This document shows, one piece after another, positions 40,338 to 49,323 of a stretch of DNA of 64,000 bases. A program made the translations under genes and the position numbers. Each line of letters starts with the position of its first letter. Position 1 is the first letter of the stretch. The notes under the pieces were generated by a model that saw only the letters and a list, made by a program, of their open reading frames with translations, had not been told where the DNA came from and made no database searches. Source of the stretch: Alphaproteobacteria bacterium (GTDB lineage Bacteria > Pseudomonadota > Alphaproteobacteria > GCA-2731375); the NCBI GenBank assembly GCA_965232515.1, contig CBDDPY010000002.1:3168001-3232000 (forward strand). The letters are read 5' to 3'.

Positions 40338-41506
40338 TGACCGAGGGAACGGACATGGCGCTGCCGCTCACCGGCGTGCGGGTGATCGACTTCACGCAAG
40401 TCATGCTGGGGCCGTGCTGCACCCAGATGCTGGGCGATTACGGCGCCGACGTGATCAAGATCGAGAAGACCAAGGTTGGCGACCTGTCGCGCTGGAGCGT
40501 CGGCGAGGATCCCGATGGCCTGAACAATCCGGTCTTCGCCAGTCTGAACCGTAACAAGCGCAGCCTGGCGCTGGACCTGAAGGCCGAAGCCGACCGTGCG
40601 GTGGTGCTGCGATTGCTGGAGACGGCCGACGTCGTGGTCAACAACTTTCGGCCCGGCGTGATGGAGCGGATGGGCTTCGGCTACGAAACGCTGAAACGCC
40701 TCAACCCGCGCATTATCTATGCGGTCGGCACCGGCTTCGGCCTGGACGGGCCCTACGTGCACAAGGGCGGCCAGGACGTGCTGGCGCAGGCCATGAGCGG
40801 CGCCATGCACCGGCGCGCCGATCCCGAATTGCCGCTGTCGGTCTATCCGACGGCGCTTGCCGACTATGCCGCCGGCATGCATCTGGTGCAGGGCATCCTG
40901 CTGGCGCTGCTGCAGCGCGACAAGACCGGCGAGGGCCAGCAGGTCGCGGTCTCGCTCTACAACTCGATGCTGGCCATGCAGATGCAGGAAGCGGCCGTCG
41001 CGATGATGCGCGGGCGCGAATTGAACTGGGCGGCGATGCCGCTGTCGGGCGTGTTCGAGACCACCGACGGCGCTGTTGTGATGGTCGGCGCCTTCAAGGT
41101 GAACCCGTTGCAGGACATCTGCGCCGCGCTCGACCTCGATGATCTTTCCAAGAAGCCGGAGTTCGCCGACCTGGAACAGCAGAAGGCGCATCGGGCCGAG
41201 CTGCAGGCGATCTTCTGCGAGCGCTTCGCGCAAGAGAGCACGGCGCACTGGCTGGCGCGGCTGGACGAGGTCGACATCCTCTGCGCGCCGGTGAAGTCAC
41301 TCGACGAGGCGTTGGCCGATCCGCAGACCGCGGTGAACAACATGATCGTCGAGCTGGCGCCGACGGCCGGCGGGCCGGTGCGCCTGGTCGCCTCGCCTAT
41401 CGACATGTCGGCCGCGCCCTTCGCCGTGCGCCAGCCGCCGCCGCAACTAGGTGAGCATGGCGATGCGATCCTGGCCGAGCTGAGCCAGGGCGCTGATGCC
41501 GCGTAG
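40337..41506 (+). CDS. Family III CoA transferase (CaiB/BaiF)
   Basis: PLTGVRVIDF, GADVIKIE, NRNKRS, NFRPG, catalytic ALAD; TGATG coupling to the upstream gene. Confidence 0.92.
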   Translation: MTEGTDMALPLTGVRVIDFTQVMLGPCCTQMLGDYGADVIKIEKTKVGDLSRWSVGEDPDGLNNPVFASLNRNKRSLALDLKAEADRAVVLRLLETADVVVNNFRPGVMERMGFGYETLKRLNPRIIYAVGTGFGLDGPYVHKGGQDVLAQAMSGAMHRRADPELPLSVYPTALADYAAGMHLVQGILLALLQRDKTGEGQQVAVSLYNSMLAMQMQEAAVAMMRGRELNWAAMPLSGVFETTDGAVVMVGAFKVNPLQDICAALDLDDLSKKPEFADLEQQKAHRAELQAIFCERFAQESTAHWLARLDEVDILCAPVKSLDEALADPQTAVNNMIVELAPTAGGPVRLVASPIDMSAAPFAVRQPPPQLGEHGDAILAELSQGADAA

Positions 41507-41526
41507 ACACAAAGAAAGACCGTTGC

Positions 41527-42294
41527 ATGAGTGTTGATTTCGAGGTCGCCGACGGCATCGCCCGGGTGACGCTGAACCGGCCGGATCGGCTGAACGCCAT
41601 CGATGCGGCGAGCGAGACGGCCCTGCGCGAGATCTGGCGGGCGATTGACCGCGACAGCAATGTGCGCTGCGTCGTGCTGACCGGTACCGGCCGCGCGTTC
41701 TGCGCCGGCGCCGACATGAAGGAAAGCGGGCCCGGCGGTGTCGCCTACTGGGCCGGCACCGGCGACGAAGGCTTCGGCGGCATTGCGCTTGGGGCCGGGC
41801 TGTCGGTGCCGGTGATCGCCCGGGTCAACGGTCTGGCGCTGGGCGGCGGCTTCGAGATGGTGCTGGGCTGCGATCTGGTGATCGCCGCCGAAAGCGCCAG
41901 GTTCGGCCTGCCGGAACCGCGCGTCGGCCGCCTGCCGCTCGACGGCATGGTGACGCTGCCGCGTCGGCTGCCGCGCACGGTGGCGATGGGCATGCTGCTG
42001 ACCGGGCGGCAGATCTCGGCGGCGGAAGCCGCGGACCATGGCCTCGTCAACGAAGTCGTCGCCGACGACGAGTTGGACGCGGCCGTCGATCGGTGGGTTG
42101 GCGAGGTTACGGCGTGCGCGCCGCTGAGCCTGAAGGCGATCAAACGCTGCGTTGCCGACACCGGCCACCTGACGGCGCGACAGGCGCGCAACCTGCGGCA
42201 GCCGGCGGTCGTCGCGGCGCTGGAAAGCGCCGATGCCGACGAGGGCGTCGCCGCCTTCCGCGAAAAGCGCGCGGCGGTTTGGCGGGGCCGCTGA
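41527..42294 (+). CDS. Enoyl-CoA hydratase/crotonase-family protein
   Basis: LNRPDRLNAI, AFCAGAD, GGGFE, FGLPE, AFREKR. Confidence 0.92.
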   Translation: MSVDFEVADGIARVTLNRPDRLNAIDAASETALREIWRAIDRDSNVRCVVLTGTGRAFCAGADMKESGPGGVAYWAGTGDEGFGGIALGAGLSVPVIARVNGLALGGGFEMVLGCDLVIAAESARFGLPEPRVGRLPLDGMVTLPRRLPRTVAMGMLLTGRQISAAEAADHGLVNEVVADDELDAAVDRWVGEVTACAPLSLKAIKRCVADTGHLTARQARNLRQPAVVAALESADADEGVAAFREKRAAVWRGR

Positions 42295-42309
42295 GCTGGC
42301 AGTAATCCC

Positions 42310-42642
42310 ATGGCTTTTGTCATCGCCGAGACCTGCATCGACGTGAAGGACGGCGTCTGCACGGAGGTCTGTCCGGTCGACTGCATCTACGAGGGCGGCC
42401 GGATGTACTACATCCAGCCCGACGAATGCGTGAACTGCGCGCTCTGCGTCTCGGTCTGCCCGGTCGAGGCGATCTGGGCCGACGACGAGGTGCCGGCGGC
42501 GTCAACCGCGTTTGCCGCGATCAATGCCGAGTTCTTCGGCGACGCCGTCACCGGCTGGGGCCGGCCCGGCGGCTTGACGCCGGAATACCGCACCGCGCAG
42601 GATCACCCGACCGTGACGGAGTGGCCACGACGGCAGGATTGA
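42310..42642 (+). CDS. 7Fe-type ferredoxin (FdxA-like)
   Basis: CIDVKDGVCTEVCPVDCIY and CVNCALCVSVCP cluster motifs. Confidence 0.9.
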   Translation: MAFVIAETCIDVKDGVCTEVCPVDCIYEGGRMYYIQPDECVNCALCVSVCPVEAIWADDEVPAASTAFAAINAEFFGDAVTGWGRPGGLTPEYRTAQDHPTVTEWPRRQD

Positions 42643-42652
42643 GCGACGGCGC

Positions 42653-43555
42653 ATGCATGCGGCTGTTCTACGTTATCTCGAAGCCGTGGCGCGCGAGGGC
42701 TCGATCCGCAAGGCCTCGGTGCGCCTGAACATCTCGGCCTCGGCCGTCAACCGCCAGATCCAGAAGCTGGAGGACTATTTCCAGACGCCGCTGTTCGAGC
42801 GACATCCAAGCGGTCTGCGGCTGACCGAGGCCGGCCGCCTGGTGCTGCGTCACGCCCGCGAAACCATGCAGGACTTCGACCGGCTGAAGGGCGAGGTCGA
42901 CAATCTGCGCGGCCTGGTGAGCGGCGTCGTCACCATCTCGACGCTCGACAGCCTGACCGTGCACTTTCTGCCGGAGGCGCTGGCGCGCTTCGCCGCGACC
43001 TATCCAGCCGTCGCGATCCGGGCGCTGACGGGCGATCCGATCGAGGCGCTGCAGGCCGTCGCGCAGGGCGAGGCCGATCTCGGCCTGACCTTCAATCCGG
43101 CGCCGGGCAGCGGCGTCAAGGTGCTGCACGATATCGCCAGCGGCATGTGCGCGATCATGCCGCCCGATCACCCTTTGGCGGCGCGGCGGTCCGTAACCCT
43201 CGCCGATTGCGGCGACTATCCGCTGATCTACCAGGAAAGCTCGGGCTCGATGCAGCGCTTCTTCGGCGAAGAGATGGAAGCTTTCAGACGCGCACACCCA
43301 CCGGTGCTGATCTCCAATACGATGGCGCTGATCAAACGTCTGGTGCTGCGCGGCACCGGCATCGCCTTCTATACCCAGCTTGGCTTCACCGAGGAGCTGG
43401 CGGACGGGCGGCTGGCCGCGGTGCCGCTGTCCGACGGGCGGCTGCCCGATCTGCGACTGTCATTGATCGCGCCCTCCGACCGCGCGCCGACGGTGGCAGG
43501 CGAAACCATGGCCGCGCATCTGCGCACGGCGCTGCAGACAATCGGCTCGACTTAG
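42653..43555 (+). CDS. LysR-family regulator
   Basis: GSIRKAS.RLNISASAVNRQI.KLE...LFER...LTEAG. Confidence 0.93.
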   Translation: MHAAVLRYLEAVAREGSIRKASVRLNISASAVNRQIQKLEDYFQTPLFERHPSGLRLTEAGRLVLRHARETMQDFDRLKGEVDNLRGLVSGVVTISTLDSLTVHFLPEALARFAATYPAVAIRALTGDPIEALQAVAQGEADLGLTFNPAPGSGVKVLHDIASGMCAIMPPDHPLAARRSVTLADCGDYPLIYQESSGSMQRFFGEEMEAFRRAHPPVLISNTMALIKRLVLRGTGIAFYTQLGFTEELADGRLAAVPLSDGRLPDLRLSLIAPSDRAPTVAGETMAAHLRTALQTIGST

Positions 43556-44721
43556 TCGACCTTGAAACGGCGGCGGACGCGGATCGGTTCCTGGATCTTC
43601 TTCAGCTTGTTGAGCTGCCAGAGCTTGTGGATCATCGGTTCGGTGAGCGCGTGGCCAGCCGCGAGGATCATCTCGCCGTCTTCGCTGGTGACATCTTCCA
43701 ACAGGTGATCGCCGACGGCCAGGCGTCCGAGCGACATGTCGACCTCCCGCTCCTCGGTGACGCCTTCGCTCGCCCTTCCGCTGCCGGTCAGCGCTTGCGC
43801 CGCGAGGTCGATCAATGCCGGGTCGTAGAGCTGGGCGTTTGCCTTGAGCGCCGCAAGGGCGTCATCCGAAACCTGCTCGTCGGCGCAAAGGCCGGAGAGA
43901 TCGGTGAGCAGCTTCAAAACCCGGCCAGCGACGGGGATGTCTTCGCCGGCCTTGTCGTCGTCGGGGAAGCCGCTGCCGTCGAAGCCCTTGTTCTGATAGT
44001 AGATCGCGTCGGCCACGGCCTCGAGACGCGGGATGTTGCGCACGAGATCGCGCGCCGCGCCGGGCGACTGGTTCACCAGCTCGGCCTCGCGCGGCGACAG
44101 CTCGGCCTTGCCTTCGAGCTTGGCGAGTACATCCGTCGGCAGCACGATGCGGCCGAGACCGGCGAGCATGATCGCCATGTCGAGCTGCCAGGGGTCGATG
44201 CCGCGCAGCTTCGGCACCAGACGCCGGGCCCAGGCCCGCATGCGCGCTGTGGCGTCGAAGGTGCGCGCGTTCTGTAGCGACAGGATATCGATCAACAGCT
44301 TGATGCTGCCGGCGAGCGTCTGCTCCAGCAGGTCGCGCTCGGCGCGGCGCAGGCGGTACTGCTCCTTGGCCTCGTTGATCGCGGCCAGCAGATCCTCGGG
44401 CTGACAAGGCTTGGTCAGAAAGCGAAAGATGTTGCCGTCGTTGATGGCCTGAGCGGCGGTTTCCTGATCGGCATTGCCGGTCAGCATCATGCGTACGGCG
44501 TCGGGGCTGCGCGTCGCCACCTTCTTCAGGAAGGCAACGCCGTCCATTTCGGGCATCTGCTGGTCGCTGATGACGACGCTGAAAGGTCCCTGCTCGGCCA
44601 GCGCCGTCAGGCCCTCGGCGCCGCCGGTCGCCGTCACCATCTCCACCTGCTTGCGCAGGCGGCGCTTGAACGCGTTCAGCACGTTCGGATCGTCGTCGAC
44701 GAACAGGACTTTCGCGCTCAC
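43552..44721 (-). CDS. Response regulator with degenerate HD-GYP-like output domain
   Basis: REC (VDDD, ISDQQMP, LTG, KP); output domain has LAGLGRI and YQNKGFDGSGFP in place of LHDIGKI and HHERxDGxGYP. Confidence 0.85.
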   Translation of the reverse strand: MSAKVLFVDDDPNVLNAFKRRLRKQVEMVTATGGAEGLTALAEQGPFSVVISDQQMPEMDGVAFLKKVATRSPDAVRMMLTGNADQETAAQAINDGNIFRFLTKPCQPEDLLAAINEAKEQYRLRRAERDLLEQTLAGSIKLLIDILSLQNARTFDATARMRAWARRLVPKLRGIDPWQLDMAIMLAGLGRIVLPTDVLAKLEGKAELSPREAELVNQSPGAARDLVRNIPRLEAVADAIYYQNKGFDGSGFPDDDKAGEDIPVAGRVLKLLTDLSGLCADEQVSDDALAALKANAQLYDPALIDLAAQALTGSGRASEGVTEEREVDMSLGRLAVGDHLLEDVTSEDGEMILAAGHALTEPMIHKLWQLNKLKKIQEPIRVRRRFKVD

Positions 44722-45809
44722 AGCCGAACCTCCTTTTGCCGCAAGGTGCTGCGCACGGACTCGATCAGCGGCGCGGTTTCGGTCGCGCGGCCCGGTTCCG
44801 CAGCGTCTTCAGGCCCGATCACCAATGTCCGCACGGTGTCGATCAGGATCGAGAGGTGATCGCCGGCATCGGCGCCCGTCCCGTCCGCCAACAGTTCGAC
44901 GAGTTCCGTCGGGAAGCCCCATAAGCTGGCCATGAACATGGAAGTCGGCGACACATCGTCTTCCACCGGCCCATCACAGGCCAGCGTTGCTGCCTGGCCA
45001 AGCTCGGTAAACTTGCAGGCCTGCCGGGCGAGCAGCTTTTGCGTCTCGCTCAGGTCCATTTCGCCGGCGATGCATTCGGCGATTGCCGCGGCGCGGCAGG
45101 CCCGGCGCCAACAGGCAAGAAAAGCATCGGCCCAGGACGCCGCCTCGTCCAGCGGCCGGCAGAAGCCCGGCAGTTCCAGCAGGTCGCGCATGACATCGAC
45201 GCCCAGCATGCGCACGGCCTGACCGGGCACGAACATGACGTTGTCGATGCCGAAATAGGCGGAGTTGGAGAGCTGCAGGATCTTCGCCGACAGGCTGAGA
45301 TCATCCGCGACGATTTCCGCCAGCTGGTCGAGCGACGGCGTGTCCTGCGACAGCGTGTAGCGAAGCTTATCGATGACGCTCTGCGGACTGGGCAAGCAAG
45401 GCAGTCCCGGCAGCGATGCCGCCGCCGCGTCAGACACGCCAGATCGCGTCCGCAATGCAGCGCCGACGGCCGACGTCAGCAGGTCCGCGTCGCACGGTTT
45501 CGCCAGAAACTGATGGCTCGGACCGACGGTGCGATAGACCGCCTCGCGATCGGCCTGACCGGAAAGCACGATGCGGACGCTCGCCGCCTGCCGCTCGGCG
45601 AAACCGCACAGCACCTGCGCGCCATCGATACCCGGCATGCGCATGTCGGAGACGACAACGTCGAACGCCGTTTCATCGGCCATCGCCAAGGCCTGCTCGC
45701 CGCCCTCGGCAAACTGCATATCCCATTCCCGCCGGTGCGAGCGAAGCATGCGACGCAGACCGTCCAGCACGTTGCGCTCGTCGTCGACGAACAGGATGCG
45801 AGGTTTCAT
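44718..45809 (-). CDS. Response regulator with HDOD domain
   Basis: MKPRILFVDDE...VVSDMRMP; LPSP...D.SLSAKILQLSNSAYFG; true start 45809. Confidence 0.85.
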   Translation of the reverse strand: MKPRILFVDDERNVLDGLRRMLRSHRREWDMQFAEGGEQALAMADETAFDVVVSDMRMPGIDGAQVLCGFAERQAASVRIVLSGQADREAVYRTVGPSHQFLAKPCDADLLTSAVGAALRTRSGVSDAAAASLPGLPCLPSPQSVIDKLRYTLSQDTPSLDQLAEIVADDLSLSAKILQLSNSAYFGIDNVMFVPGQAVRMLGVDVMRDLLELPGFCRPLDEAASWADAFLACWRRACRAAAIAECIAGEMDLSETQKLLARQACKFTELGQAATLACDGPVEDDVSPTSMFMASLWGFPTELVELLADGTGADAGDHLSILIDTVRTLVIGPEDAAEPGRATETAPLIESVRSTLRQKEVRL

Positions 45810-47191
45810 CAGGCGGCCTCTCGGCTTCCGGCATCCTGGACCGGCAGCGAAATCCGGAACCTCGTGCCGGCGCCAATCTCGGAGTCGATATCGATGGCGC
45901 CACCATGCTTGGCGACGACGATGTTGTGCGTGATGGCGAGTCCCTGACCCGTGCCCTTGCCGACGCCCTTGGTCGTGAAGAAGGGATCGTAGATCTTTTC
46001 CAGGTTTTCCTTCGGAATCCCGCAGCCGGAGTCGGCCACCGTCAGCACGACCCGGTCGGCGTCGCTGCGCGTCGCAATCCGGATCCTGCCCAACGCCTCG
46101 CCCGGGACCTCCTCGATGGCATGCGCGGCGTTGACGATGAGGTTCAGCAGGACCTGATTGATGTCGCCGGGATGGCCCATGACTTTCGGCAGGTCGTCGG
46201 CCAGCTCGAAGTCCAGCTCGGCGACATACTTCCACTGGTTCCGGCACACCGTCGCCGTGGTCTTCAACGCCTTGTTCAGGTCGATCGCCGTCTTCTCGTC
46301 GGTGCCGGGGTGCGCGAATTCCTTGATCGCGCCGACGATCTTGCTGATCCGCTTGACGCCTTCCAGGCTCTGCTCGATGCAGCGCGGCGCCTCCTCCATC
46401 AGGAATTCGAGGTCGGCCTCATCCTCGGCGGCTTTGACCTCGGCCACCACTTCCGCGCCGCCGGCCGCTTCCAGCGCCGTCATCGCTATCGCATGGGCCG
46501 CGAAGATTTGCTCCAGGTCGGCCATCATGTCCTTCAGGAAGTGGATGTTGTCGCTGATGAACTGCACCGGCGTGTTGATCTCGTGCGCGATGCCGCTGGC
46601 GAGCGTGCCGAGCGATTCCAGCTTCTGCGCCTGGCGCAGCTCCTGCTCCAGCGCCTGTCGCTTCGCCTCGGTCTTCCGACGCTTGGTGATGTCGCGGCAG
46701 ATCCAGACCGTATGCACCTGGCCGGCATGCTCGAGCCGGGACACGCCGATTTCGACCGGGAAGGTGCGGCCGTCGGCCGCGAGACCGGTCAGCTCGCTCG
46801 ACAGATCGCGCTCGCTGTCGTCGTCGGCGTAGGCGGCAAGATCCGTGACCGCGGCCTGAATCAGGGCCTCGGCGTCATTACGACAATCCTCGGCGAAGAG
46901 CGACGCCACCGGGCGGCCGGTCAGCGTCTGCGCATCGGCGCCGAAGCTGACCTCCGTCATGCGATTGACCCGGATGATCACGCCATCGGCGTCAACCACA
47001 AGGAAGGCGGCGAGCGAGCGATCGAGGATCGCGTTCAGCTGCGACGATTGCGCGGCCACCTCGTCGGCCATCCGTTTGAGCTCGCCATTGGCCTGGTAGA
47101 GCTCGAAGCTCTTGGCCTCGAGCAGCGACTCGGCCTGCTGGCGGGCGGCCTTCTCGCGCTCGTAGCGGCGCTGCAGCAGATGCGGATCCAT
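45809..47191 (-). CDS. PAS-domain sensor histidine kinase (H-NOX-associated type)
   Basis: N-terminal coiled coil RRYEREKAARQQAESLLEAKS.ELY, PAS domain, GIAHEINTP, NLIVNA.HAI, DSGCGI, PFFTTK, GTGQGL. Confidence 0.92.
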   Translation of the reverse strand: MDPHLLQRRYEREKAARQQAESLLEAKSFELYQANGELKRMADEVAAQSSQLNAILDRSLAAFLVVDADGVIIRVNRMTEVSFGADAQTLTGRPVASLFAEDCRNDAEALIQAAVTDLAAYADDDSERDLSSELTGLAADGRTFPVEIGVSRLEHAGQVHTVWICRDITKRRKTEAKRQALEQELRQAQKLESLGTLASGIAHEINTPVQFISDNIHFLKDMMADLEQIFAAHAIAMTALEAAGGAEVVAEVKAAEDEADLEFLMEEAPRCIEQSLEGVKRISKIVGAIKEFAHPGTDEKTAIDLNKALKTTATVCRNQWKYVAELDFELADDLPKVMGHPGDINQVLLNLIVNAAHAIEEVPGEALGRIRIATRSDADRVVLTVADSGCGIPKENLEKIYDPFFTTKGVGKGTGQGLAITHNIVVAKHGGAIDIDSEIGAGTRFRISLPVQDAGSREAA

Positions 47192-47207
47192 GGGTGGGCT
47201 CGGATGC

Positions 47208-47750
47208 CTAGTTGATGCGGGTCAGCCGGAACGTGGCCGCCGTGCCGGGCGGATCGAGATCGGTCCGCTCGAGCTTCACCGACTCACCGAAGTGGCTGAG
47301 GCAGGCCTCGATCAGGCCGTGCGCAAGGTCGGCGAGGCCGCGCTCTGAGGCATAGTCGATCACCAGCGTCGAGGGATCGGGCCGGTTGCACGTCAATGTC
47401 GGCAGGTCGGCGTCTGGATAGAGCTTGCGAACCTCGACATGGATATAGCTGTCGACCTTCTCGAGGAAATCGAAGGCGTTGCTGCTGCCGACGAAGAAAT
47501 CGGGATGCACCTTGACGAAGGTATTGAACAGGTGCTGGCCGAATGCCTTGACCAGATCCGGCACGGCTTGCTGGGTCTTGGCGCTGAGCGCACCGACCAG
47601 GGCGACGATTTCGCTATGGTCGTACGTCCCGACCGTCGTGTAGGCGCCGCCGGATTCCAGACCGCTTTCCATGACGATCGCTTCAGTGATCTCGGGCGAA
47701 AAAGCCTGATCCACCATCTCAAGAAATTCAGTAAAAACCACACCCTTCAT
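47208..47750 (-). CDS. H-NOX heme nitric oxide-binding protein
   Basis: MKGVVF start with GGAG RBS, proximal His (IHVEV), conserved Pro, YxSxR (YASER). Confidence 0.9.
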   Translation of the reverse strand: MKGVVFTEFLEMVDQAFSPEITEAIVMESGLESGGAYTTVGTYDHSEIVALVGALSAKTQQAVPDLVKAFGQHLFNTFVKVHPDFFVGSSNAFDFLEKVDSYIHVEVRKLYPDADLPTLTCNRPDPSTLVIDYASERGLADLAHGLIEACLSHFGESVKLERTDLDPPGTAATFRLTRIN

Positions 47751-47934
47751 GGTTATCTCCTGATGACACCAATAATCACAAACTAATGATCGGAAACAGT
47801 ACGGAAGCTTGATTAACGGGCGATTGAAAATCCCGCATTCTGGAACCGCTATTTCTTCCGGAACCGTTCGCGCGTCATTTCGGAAAAGATGCAGAAAATG
47901 CCGGCGATCCGCAGTCCCCATTTGAGGGTGATCT

Positions 47935-47961
47935 TTCGGCGGCGTTAACCATGCCGCCGAA
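47935..47961. terminator. Hairpin downstream of the LuxR response regulator
   Basis: TTCGGCGGCG-TTAACCA-TGCCGCCGAA. Confidence 0.5.
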
Positions 47962-47990
47962 CGCGCCCGGCGAGACCGCCGGATACCGCG

Positions 47991-48998
47991 CTACGGGGAT
48001 GTCGAAATGCTGGGTGAGGTCAGGACGAGCCGGATCAGCTCGGACTGGCGTGAAGTTTCGGTCTTGGAAAAGACCTGCTTGAGATAGGTCCGGGCGGTGC
48101 TGACCGTGACGCCGCAACGTTCGGCCGCGGCTTCGAGCCGGTCGCCGAGCGCCAGTGCGTGTACCAGACGCGACTCCGCGCCGGTCAGATCGAACAGACG
48201 GGCGATCGCCGGCGCCGCCGGTGGTTGCAAGGTTTCGGGATCGGCGATGAACAGTACGGCCAAGGCCTCCGCGGCGCCGGCGGCTTCCTCGACGGCGGTT
48301 ACGGCCACCCCGAGCGGCCGGGCGAGCGACGGACGGCCGAGCGCCAGCATGCCCTCGCCGAGCCCCTCGCCGTCCCGCTCTGCCGCCGCCCGCACCAGCC
48401 GATGCAGTTCCGCGGTCTGCGGCGGGTCGGCGGCACGGCAGATCTCACCGGTGCCGAGGGTCAAGCCGTCGGCGGCCGACAAAAGACGCGCGCCGGCATT
48501 GTTGGTCAGCACCACCCGCGCACCAGCATTCAGGACGATCACGGCCAGGGACAAACGGTTCAGCGCCGCCAAACCGATACGTTCGGACAGGCTGCTACCG
48601 CCGGCGACGCTGGACGGCCGGATGTCCGCCAGCGCCGCGGCCACGCCTTCGCGCAGGCGATCGGGATCGCAGGGCTTGGTGTAGAAGCGGAATACGGCCG
48701 CGGTGTTGATAGCGTCGACGGCCGTGTCGAGATCAGCGGTGCCGGTCAGCATGATGAAGCGTGTGTCGGGCAGATGCCCGCGCATGGCGACGACCATCTC
48801 GAGCCCGGTGAGGCCCGGCATCTTCATGTCCGAGACGACAACATGGGGTTGGATGCTCCGAGCCGTCTCGATGGCTTGCCGGGGATCGGTCTCGAAATGC
48901 AGGTCGTAGCCCGCGGAATCGCCGGCGAAGGTCCGCCGCAATCCGCTGAGAACCGCTTCCTCGTCGTCGACAAATAGCAGGCGCGATGCGTCCGTCAT
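47991..48998 (-). CDS. Response regulator: REC + PAS-like + LuxR HTH
   Basis: LLFVDDE...VVSDMKMP; LFDLTGAE.RL...TARTYLK.VFSKT...RQSEL; start 48998 or 49013. Confidence 0.88.
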   Translation of the reverse strand: MTDASRLLFVDDEEAVLSGLRRTFAGDSAGYDLHFETDPRQAIETARSIQPHVVVSDMKMPGLTGLEMVVAMRGHLPDTRFIMLTGTADLDTAVDAINTAAVFRFYTKPCDPDRLREGVAAALADIRPSSVAGGSSLSERIGLAALNRLSLAVIVLNAGARVVLTNNAGARLLSAADGLTLGTGEICRAADPPQTAELHRLVRAAAERDGEGLGEGMLALGRPSLARPLGVAVTAVEEAAGAAEALAVLFIADPETLQPPAAPAIARLFDLTGAESRLVHALALGDRLEAAAERCGVTVSTARTYLKQVFSKTETSRQSELIRLVLTSPSISTSP

Positions 48999-49100
48999 GG
49001 CGGCAGACTCCATCAGCCGCCTTACAGATTTCTAAATGGCGGGATACCCCTCCCCATTTGGGGATTTCGATCCGGACGGGGGAAACCTAGATTGGCGCCA

Positions 49101-49196
49101 TCGACGGGGCGGCGGACGGCTCTCTGCCCTCCACCGCCCACTGAAAGGAGAAGGTTCGCACCTTCCCCGCCCCGCTGGCCGCCGTCGCCCCGTCGA
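49101..49196. ncRNA. Candidate structured RNA element
   Basis: About 20-bp outer stem (TCGACGGGGCG.../...CGCCCCGTCGA) enclosing a C-rich loop and a GAAGGT-TCGC-ACCTTC hairpin; family unknown. Confidence 0.3.
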
Positions 49197-49323
49197 ACCA
49201 GTTTGCCGCCGGCCGCGATCATGCCCCGCAGCAGGATGCGCGCGGCGCGAGGTCCTCCACCGCCTCGCGCCGCCGCATTCGGGTCCAAAAATCCCGGTCG
49301 GCCGGCCGCTTCTCCGAGGTGGC

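Noticed and set aside
49107-49175. tRNA-like look (GGTTCG loop, GGGCGG/CCGCCC ends)
   Set aside because: No proper D arm or anticodon arm, wrong T-loop size, no CCA; kept only as a generic structured element.
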